Source: Octopus sinensis
Lineage: Eukaryota
Assembly: GCF_006345805.1 (NCBI RefSeq)
Contig: NC_043017.1
Location: 17,980,001-18,044,000 of the forward strand
DNA: 64,000 nt
Direction: 5' to 3'
This document shows positions 47,965-57,066 of the stretch, one piece after another; the stretch's first letter is position 1; each line of letters opens with the position of its first letter. A program made the position numbers and the translations under genes. Under the pieces are notes generated by a model that saw only the letters and a program-made list of their open reading frames with translations, did no database searches and was not told the origin of the DNA.

Positions 47965-50900
47965 CTGAAATAATAAGAAACAAATATTTTATGTGTGTGT
48001 ATATATTTATTTGTAAGGCAGGAAGCTCCACTAATTATTTCACATTTCCAATTTTTGGACCTAGTGAAGGTTGATGTGAGTCAAAGCTGCATATATACCT
48101 TGAACCAACATTCACTGCCATCAGAAACCTGACATTCAGAGTAACAATTATTACAGTTTCCAACACAATAAATAGGATAAAACTACCCAATATATATTTT
48201 CTCTTTCCTTCTTCATGCAATTCTTCTTACTATGTGTTATGAATTATAATATCCTATCATTAATTCCCTTCTTCAATAGTAAATAATAGATAAAAATATC
48301 ATCATCATCATCGTTTAACGTCCGCTTTCCATGCTAGCATGGTTCGACTGGGGTCTGGGAAGCCAGGAGGCTGCACCAGGCCCAGTCTGATCTGGCAGTG
48401 TTTCTACAGCTGGATGCCCTTCCTAACGCCAACTACTCCGTGAGTGTAGTGGGTGCTTTTTACGTGCTACCGGCACAGTGCCAGGCAAGGCTGGCAATGG
48501 CCACAATCGGTTGGTGCTTTTTACATGCCACCAGCACGGAGGCCAATCGGGGCGGCACTGGCAACAGCCACCGGCACTGGTATCACAACTTATAGATATC
48601 TTATTTTATATTGGGTACAAAAATGCAGCATAGTGTCAAATGATGTTGATATATGAATACTGTCTTTACTTAAAATAAAACAAGTCTTAATTGTTGAACA
48701 GCAGTGATTAATGGATTAGATGGCGAGCAGAAATAAAGTTTGAATAAAAGCCTTCTTTGAACTGGTTTATGACGAATTTTATTCAAACTTCATTCTAAAT
48801 GGATACCAAAGTGTTCGAGAAGACAACCCAACTGAGGAAGATTATATTTACTGGATGCTACACATCTACATATCAAAAGCAAAAGTTCCAGATGAATTTA
48901 AACTAGAGGTACTCTTAGTCCTCTGTGGGGCAAGGACCTCATCGTTAAAGAATCCAAAACCTTTGAGGCAGCAACAGAACACCTGGACTCAAAGTTCATA
49001 AAGAAAGGTTCAAACATAATGATGTGCCATAAGCTACGAACTCAAAAGTAAAAGAAAATTAGTGTATAGAAGGAATTATGTCAAACCCCTTTTTATCAGT
49101 AGCAATATACATAACAGAATGTAAAATCTCTCCTCTCATGGCTCATATGACAGCAGTTCAACAAATAGCCTCCCAGCATCTCACAAAATCTCTCTTCCAT
49201 ACTCATAATGCTTGTTTCATTAACATGCCTTTTTACTCAGAGAATGAGTACTAAGATCTTTCTCAAAAATTCAGTTCCAGGTAATAGATAAAGTCTACCA
49301 CATAAGAACAGGAACAGTCTTTCAGACAGGCTTCCACATAGTTTTCTCTTCTAAATTTTTCTGATAATTCTTTGGTCAATCTTAGATTGTATCTTAAAAG
49401 ACATTTGTCTAAGATGTTGTGCAGTGGAACTGAACCCAAAGCTACAATTTAGCAAAGAAAAAAATACACCAAAGTAAAGTATTTAGCTAAGAAAGAAAAA
49501 CATAAAGCTAAGAAATACTTCATATAATGGTATTACTTCTTACCTTCCATCACGTAATACCTTGAAACAATTTTTGACACTGAGGTCAACTACTGTTGAA
49601 CCTTGTCGTGACTCAACAGTACTCCCCAATGTACCACCATCACAGACAATGTCCAATTCAGGCCATAAGTTTTCAAATTCCTAGAAAACAATGAAAACTG
49701 TAGTTAGCAGAAAGAAATGTATGATATATATATATATATATATATATACAAATATACATACACACACACACAAATAAATATACATACATACATATATATA
49801 TATATATACACACACACACAAATAAATATACATATATACACATTTATGACAATCTCTATATATAAAGATGAGAATGTATATGTGTGTGTGTGTCTGTCTG
49901 TCTGTCTGAATCCCTAAAACTTGAGAACTACACAACCAATTTCATTCAAATTTTATATATGCCTTACTTAGGGTCCATGTAGTGTCATGGTCAAAAAAAT
50001 TTTAACTTCTTGCCTAGTGCGAGCCCACAGCAATATCATATCTTCACTATTTCTGTATTACATGTCAAAAATGAAACAATAACATCTCTCTATTGTAATG
50101 TCAGATGCTTTCACTTTAATACTGAAACTATTAAAGTGAAACTATTATATAAGAGGGATGAAATGTAAGTAGACATCCATTATGCTAGAAGATCTGCTAT
50201 GGTCTTACCACTAACAAAGGAATGATAAGACCATAGCGGATCTTCTTCTAGCATACATATATATATTTATATCTATGTGTTTATGTATTTGTAGATATAT
50301 GCATATATTTATGAATATGGGCATGCACGAGTTTTCTTGCACAAGATAATTACGAAAATAATCTATGGGGAACACAATTTCTTGCAAAAATCCAAGGCTA
50401 ATGCAAGGGAAATAACAATCAAAATATTCTTATAAGCTGCCTCTTGTAACCTGTGTATTTATTTTCAAACCCCATTCAGTCCAGTGAATCTCGTGTTTTC
50501 CTATCTGAAAGGGAGACAAGTACCTACACTTCCATGTGGCATACTTGAACAATTGCAAAGACCTCTTCACATGAAAGCATTGGTAGCTTTAAGACCCCAA
50601 AAAAGGAAGAAAGAAAATTAAGATTCATGTATATATAATTAATAGAAAATTTATAAATAAATGGGCAAGGGGCTTCTACTATAGCTTCAGGCCAACCAAA
50701 GCCTTGTGAGTGGATTTGGTTGACAGAAATTGAAAGAAGTTCATCATATTTGTATGACTGTGTGTGTGTGACTTTGCATCTGTGTCTGTTCCCCACACCA
50801 CTTTACAACCAGTGTTGGTGTGTTTAAGACCCTGTAACTTAGCAGCCTGGCAAAAGAGATCAATAGAATAAGTACCAGACTTTTAAAAAAGAGTATTGGG

Positions 50901-53256
50901 GTCGATTCATTTGATTAAAAAGAAGAAAATTGAAGGTGGTGCCCTAGTATGGTCACAGTCTAATGACTGAAACAATTAAAAAAATAAAAGATAACTATAT
51001 GTATATATATGAATAAAAAAATGGAGTTAACGCAGGTGTAATCAAATATTTTTACTTTCGACACATGTTTCGAAAATTCCACTGATACTATTCAAAAGAA
51101 TAAATGGTATAAACAATGCAATCTTCTCCTCAGGAAAGTGAAAAAAACGAAACTCGTCAATAAGACATTTTAGCAAAAAATGATGGATTTGTATAGCGAT
51201 AGACAGAACGCTATTAATATTGTTTAAAAAAACGTTATATGATATAACGTCATAAGTAGCTAACAGAAACAGTAGGGATATTAATAGTGAATGTTAAATA
51301 TAAAGGAAATTAAAGTTTAAATTATATATAATGATAGAGACTACTTATATGCACTAAATATATGTTTCTGCCAATGCTTACATCTGTATGCTCGCTGTAT
51401 AACCGTGTTTACTAGAGTATTTTTCGAAAAAATAATGAAAAATAGCTCAGAATTGCATATATGCACACACACACACACACTGAAAACAGTGTAGAGTTTA
51501 ATATTTATAATTTCATTGGCAATGGGGGTGACTCCTTCAAATAGTTTGAATAAGCCACTAATCAGTTAAACTTTGAAGTTAATGTCAATGAAATTATAAC
51601 ATATGTATACACACACACACACACACACAAAATAGGTGCTGTATGGGTTAATTAATTATGCGACTTTTCAAAGAATGATTTACAAATATTTTTTCTCTTC
51701 ATTACAGCTTTTCACCACCCAAAGAGTTTTCTGATTATATTAGAGTGGAATACTTCTCTGAGAATGCACACACATGTACAATATGAAAAATATGTCAAAG
51801 AATGTTTGAAACTTTACTTTTATGGACAATGGACTTTGTTGGTCACTTATGTTAGCACTTGTGAGGGCAATGGGTCCATCAACGGTCCGAGCCAAACCTC
51901 GTATGAATGAATGATCTGGAATACGTATACCAACATAATCTGTATCAGGATTCAAATACTCGTTCAGTTGTTGGGATCGCTGAAACACTAAGGTGACAGG
52001 TCCAGGAAGTAAATCATGTAAAAGTGAAATGGGGACAGTCACATTGCACCATCTGAAACAAAACAAAAAATAATGATAATAATTGTTTCTAATTTAGGCA
52101 CAAAGCCCAAGCAAATGAACAAGCATGGCCATAGCTCGTGAGCTTAAACTAGATGAAATGAAATGAAATGAAAAAAGCTTTTATGTGGCTGACTGATCTG
52201 CTAGAAACACCAGTAAAATATTCCTCAAATAACAACCATTTCCAAAGTAGAAGGATGCATTCAATAATGTAATCCAAGATAGAGTTTGACTAAATAAAAG
52301 GCAAGATGCTCAGGGACGGGATGCTTCTCTTCATCATCATCATGATGGGTTGGACGGTTCAACTGGGGTCTGGGAAGCCAGAAGGCTGCACCAGGCCCAG
52401 TCTGATCTGGCAGTGTTTCTATAGCTGGATGCCCTTCCTAACGCCAACCACTCCGTGAGTGTAGTGGGTGCTTTTTACGTGCCACTGGCACGGAGGCCAA
52501 TCGGACAGCGCTGGCTACGGCCACGTTCGGATGGTTCTCTTACGTGCCACCGGCACTGGTATCAGATTACAATTTTGATTTTCACTTGCCTCAACAGGTC
52601 TTCACAAGTGGAGTTTTGTGTCCCAAGAAGGAAAGGAATGCATAAGTGGGCTGGCTACATCCAGGTGTAGGCCACAGGATTATGGCCTCACTTGTCCTGC
52701 TGGGTCTTCTCACGCACAGCATACTTCCATAGGTCTCGGTCTCTCGTCATTTCCTCGGTGAGACCTAAAGTTTGAAGGTCGTGCTTCACCACCTCGTCCC
52801 AGGTTTTCCTGGGTCTACCTCTTCCACAGGTTCCCTCAACCGCTAGGGTGTGGCACTTTTTCATACAACTATCTTCATCCATTCTCGCCACATGACCATA
52901 CCAGCGCAAACGTCTCTCTTGCACACCACAACTGAGACAAACCAAATGACTGATAAAAAGAATTCTTACTTGGAAATATCTTTGACATCAGCAATGCTAA
53001 TGGCAATAGGTTTCAATGGATTCCGCTTCTTTATCTTGTATATACTGTCAACAGCATCCTTATTTTGGGCAAGACAAGCAATGCCATAGATAGTGTCAGT
53101 GGGAACAGCAATCACACCTCCAGACAGCAATTTCTTGGCAGTAATAGTTATTTGAGGTTTCAGGTCTAGAAATATAAGAAAAAAACTTTGCAACTAAAGG
53201 GTTCGAAACTTCTTGAACAAGAATTATAAGCCAGTGAGGAAGCCTCTACACAGATG

Positions 53257-53303
<47 letters not shown>

Positions 53304-54926
53304 TGTGTACAGTGCTCAGGTGTAGTTTCGGCGGATTTCGGAAAGCATGAGGGCCTTAAAGGATGTAGTGTCATGGCAGTCAACAACTGACGCAGGCAGT
53401 TTATTCCACGCTTCAGCAACCCTGAGCGTGGACCAAATCAAGTCATTAATTGAGATTAACCCACAATGCACAACCCAAAAATCAGCAGAAAGCCTCGACC
53501 TATCAAAATACGTCGTTTGTGGGCACCTGGTAAAGTTTGAGTGCACAAATCGCTATTATCTTTGGGTACCTCATGAGTTGAATGAGAAGAACCTTTTGGA
53601 TCGCATTTCCATCTGTGATTCGCTTTATAAACGGAATGAAAACGTGCCTTTTTTAAAGCAAATTGTGACAGGTGATGAGAAATGTTCAGAGAAAGTGATC
53701 CTGGAGTAAGTGACATGAGCCACCCTTAACCACCCCAAAAGCGGGTCTTCACTCTAAAAAAAATCTTGCTCTGTGTCTGGTGGGATTGGAAAGTAATTCT
53801 GTACTATGAGCTTCTCCCAAGTAACCAGACAATTAATTCTGAGAAATACTGCACACAACTGGACGAGTTAAAAGCAGCAATTCAAGAGAAACGTCCAGAA
53901 TTGGCCAACAGGAAGGGTGTTGTTTTCCAACATGATAATGCAAGACCACACATTTCTTTGGGCACCAGGCAAAAATTGCTGCAGCTCGGCTGGGATGTGT
54001 TACCCGACCCTCCATATTCAACAGATATTGCTCCTTCAGATTTCCACTTATTCAGATCTTTGCAGAATAGTCTTAAAGGTAAAAATTTCAATTCCTTGGA
54101 TGACGTAAAAAATACTTTGATGAATTCTTTGCCATGAAACCCACCTCAATTCTGGGAAGAGGGTATTTTCAAGTTAAAGGAAAGATGGAGACGCATTGCG
54201 CAACAAAATGTTTCATATTTGGTTGATTAAAAATGTAATGGCAAGTATTTATTGACCTTTTTCTTTCCTTTAAAAATCGGCACAAACTTCCCGGACAACC
54301 CAATATATTTCCAATTACAAAGAAATTTGAACAATAGATATAAGACCCAAGTTTAAAAGAACCAGAGAAAAAGAGGATCTTTTCGGTTTGAACGGCAGTT
54401 TTTAACATAATTTCTAGGTAACTAAAAAATTTTAAACTTCGTATACTGGTAGAATGTTTTTATAAAACATCTTTTTCTCTTGGCTTTATTGAGAAAATTC
54501 TATAGTTTGTAAGATATTTGGTGACAATTTCATGACACCGCTACAAAAAATTGCCGTTCAAACCGAAAAAGATGTTTTATAAACACATTCTACCAGTATA
54601 GGAAGTTTAAAAGTGTTTACTTATGCGGAAATTCTTTTTAAAAAATGCCGTTCAAATCGAAAAGATCCGAATTCTCGCGTGTAAAACACAAATTCGCAAA
54701 AATTTTCTTAAAGTTCCAAAAAATAAAGAAGTTACGAGGCGATATGTGAAGTGCTTAAACCAGAATGCCGCCGGTTTTTTTGTTTTTTTTTACACGCTCA
54801 AGAAATATAAAAGTTAAACTTACCTTCTATAGTATCCAGCTGTATGATTTTTGCCATCTTGTTCACTGGTTTCAGGACTCTACTAATTTTAAATCCGCTA
54901 CTAAATAATAAACTACAGATTTTCAT
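47904..54926 (-). CDS. YRDC: Threonylcarbamoyl-AMP synthase (YrdC/Sua5/TsaC family), whole gene model, 5 exons, 243 aa
   Basis: Exons 54926-54824, 53165-52970, 52052-51818, 49680-49544 and 47964-47904 have consistent phases (1,2,0,2) and total 732 nt. Motifs: GGVIAVPTDTIYG, KKRNPLKPI, LLPGPVTLV, GIRIPDH, PIALTSAN, GSTVVDLS. Confidence 0.95.
49544..49680 (-). CDS. YRDC: YRDC exon 4 (EFENLWPELDIVCDGGTLGSTVESRQGSTVVDLSVKNCFKVLRDG)
   Basis: Read manually; acceptor TTTTCTAG, donor AG|GTAAGA. Confidence 0.95.
51054..51139 (-). ncRNA. Type I hammerhead ribozyme motif (Penelope-associated type) in YRDC intron 3
   Basis: Minus strand reads ACUUUC-CUGAGGA-stem II (GAAGAUU...AAUUUUC, G-C closed)-GAAA-CAUGU-GUC-GAAAGU. 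All core nucleotides are present and stem I is a perfect 6 bp. Confidence 0.8.
51818..52052 (-). CDS. YRDC: YRDC exon 3
   Basis: Within ORF 51740..52066; acceptor TTGTTTCAG, donor AAA|GTAAAG. Confidence 0.95.
52330..52935 (-). mobile_element. RTE LINE 3' end in YRDC intron 2
   Basis: ORF 52688..52945 (RRLRWYGHVARM, GRGRPRKTW), 3'UTR and (GAT)n tail. Confidence 0.9.
52970..53165 (-). CDS. YRDC: YRDC exon 2
   Basis: Within ORF 52966..53193; acceptor TTTCTAG, donor AA|GTAAGA. Confidence 0.96.
53256..53430 (-). mobile_element. CR1/L2-type LINE 3' tail with (ATT)n
   Basis: RVAEAWNKLPASVV...SFK followed by a long (ATT)n tail. Confidence 0.75.
53430..54305 (+). mobile_element. Decayed mariner transposase in YRDC intron 1 (antisense)
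   Basis: IVTGDEK, LCVWWDWK, FQHDNARPH, PPYSTDIAPSDFHLFRSLQN; right TIR ending GACAACCCAATA-TA. Confidence 0.92.
54375..54668. mobile_element. GGATC-terminus MITE in YRDC intron 1
   Basis: TIRs as above, flanked GA/GA; contains an internal partial terminus near 54545-54575. Confidence 0.8.
54824..54926 (-). CDS. YRDC: YRDC exon 1 (MKICSLLFSSGFKISRVLKPVNKMAKIIQLDTIE)
   Basis: Donor G|GTAAGT after 54824, phase 1, completing the D codon of exon 2. Two in-frame ATGs. Confidence 0.85.
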
Positions 54927-55479
54927 GAAGTTGACAACTGCGAAATGTCAAATAGCGAGATGGTTTTGATATTACCCTTGTGGCTTACGCAATAGTTTCA
55001 TTTTGAAGTAAGCAGGTGCACGTGTTACAGAGCCAGATATAATTTTAATAATTACTTCAGACACACACACAACAGAACTGTGGCAGGTTATATATAACCT
55101 CTATAATTAGTTTTGCCGATGTTGATAAAACGGTGAAAATTATTACCGTTCGCTCCCTTAAAATTGGCAGACAAGGCTCCAAAAAAAGAAAACAAGAGAT
55201 AATAATGTTTACCGCGATGAAAGGGTATTTCCGGAAGATCTTTTCATTGGAGAGAAATATGACGAAATGTCTATCCTCAAAAGTTAATACTTTTTTCTTC
55301 TCTTCATCGCATTTTGTAAGTGTAAGAAATGTTTTAAAGTAAGCTGTTAAATAAATCTGCTTTCACTTTGAAAGCATGACTATAGAGAGGGGGAGATTTT
55401 GATGCCGGTTTTTGAAATTTATTTTACATAGAATATTTTTTCTTTTTTATAACGTTGATATCTTGAAGTTACTGTAGAC

Positions 55480-55680
55480 CAGTGGTTTTCAACCAGGGTT
55501 CCGCCAGTACAGTCCAGGGGTTCTGCAAGAAGTTACAAAACTGCTAAAATCGACAGTAATTTTTAATTCTCCTGTGCAGATATGTGTGCAGAAGACTATT
55601 AAATTATTGCACAGGGGTTCCTCGAGCCAGTGGAATGTTTCCTTGGGGTTCCGCTCCAGCCAAAAGGTTGAAAAGCACTG
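55480..55680. mobile_element. hAT (Charlie-like) MITE in the YRDC/CDK5RAP1 intergenic region
   Basis: CAGTGGTTTTCAACC / GGTTGAAAAGCACTG TIRs; perfect 8-bp TSD CTGTAGAC. Confidence 0.9.
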
Positions 55681-56282
55681 CTGTAGACGATACTCTACAG
55701 CAAAGCTGATTATCAGGGATCAAGTTATGGGTGTATAAATGTATGAAAAAATTCGGACTCTGGGTTAAAATTCGAATGAGTGGAAATTTTAGGAGCTATG
55801 GGGGGGGAGTTAAAAATTAAAAAAAGAAACTGATATTCTATTATATAGTAACAGTGAAACTGTAACCAAGTCGTAGACATATATGACTAAAGACTTTGAT
55901 ATTTAATAATATAGTATAAAACAATCATCCTTTCTACAATAGGCCAGCATTTTTGAGGGGTAGAGAAAGTTGATTATATTGACTATGTTCAACTGGTACT
56001 TATTTTATCGAACTGAAAGAATGAAAGGCGAAGTTCACCTCGGCGAAATTTGAACCCAGAACGGTAAAGACGGACGAAATGCCAGTAAACGTTATTGTTC
56101 GGTGTGCCAGCATGCTATCTTCAGAATAATAATAATGAAGTGAAAATGAATATAACTTTATTTTAAAGATTACAATAATTTCATCAAGCTTTTATAAACT
56201 TTATCCCAGAGATGACACCAATGTTATCATAAGCCTCGAAAAATCATAACTGGTCACATGTTAGAATGCTAGCTGAAGTATT

Positions 56283-56379
56283 TTGAATGGAAAGTGTTTT
56301 ATTTACTTTTTTCGGCGATGTTACGGTATAAGTACCGGTATACTCCCGGAAGTACCAGATACATTTAAAAAAAGTGGGG

Positions 56380-56416
<37 letters not shown>

Positions 56417-56632
56417 GGGGTTAGGGTTTCTGCTAGGGTTAGGGTTTGTGGCGATGCTTCGGTATATGTACACACGTGACTTTGTTTACATTTCTGAAGA
56501 TAACAGAAACCCTTTTATCCCACCCCTAACACAAACCCTAACCCGAACAGAAACACTAACCCTAATCCTAACCCCCCATATATAAAAAAAAAACACTTTT
56601 TTGAAATGTATCCGGTACTTATACTGTAACAC
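56283..56632. mobile_element. Foldback remnant of the same MITE family directly upstream of CDK5RAP1
   Basis: Internal sequence is the reverse complement of 41900-42060; the left and right arms are inverted copies of each other. Confidence 0.7.
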
Positions 56633-56735
56633 CGCCCGCTTTCCTTTATTTTCGGTCGGACAAAATGTGGCTTTACACCGTGTCAGACTGGCATGGCTGT
56701 CTCCTCTAGTCTTGTCCTTCGTTATCTCTACTTAA

Positions 56736-57066
56736 ATGATGTTATCTTTCAACCGTTTGTTGTCAACAAATTATACCTTCACCACTTGTCTTCGACGAAA
56801 ATCCCAACCACATATAAGCTCCCATTATAGAAATGTACCGCCCTACAAACGATGTGTGTCTTCAGTTAAACATAACGAAAGCTCATCACCTCGCAAAAGT
56901 AACTTTGAAACTTTCAGAGAAAAACTCGTGCACGGACCCAACTTTGATGACTTCTTATGCAATAATTCAAATGAAACAATTATTAAACAGAACAATATCC
57001 CTGCAGAAATAACCAATGACATACCTTATTTACATAAATCTCTATTTAAGGGCCAACGACGTAGAG
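56736..57066 (+). CDS. CDK5RAP1: CDK5RAP1 exon 1 (targeting peptide plus GPNFDDFL...IPYL region); start codon uncertain
   Basis: Within ORF 56736..57071; donor G|GTTAGT; the phase fits exon 2. Confidence 0.82.

Larger units (their letters stand above)
54927..56735. promoter_or_regulatory. Divergent (bidirectional) promoter region between YRDC and CDK5RAP1
   Basis: Head-to-head start codons. E-box CACGTG at 55019-55024 and another in the MITE near 56473; ETS core CCGGAAGT at 56346-56353; TATA-like CATATATAAAA near 56577. Confidence 0.65.

Noticed and set aside
48740-49200. Possible gag-like remnant in YRDC intron 4
   Set aside because: Too decayed to assign; no diagnostic motif.
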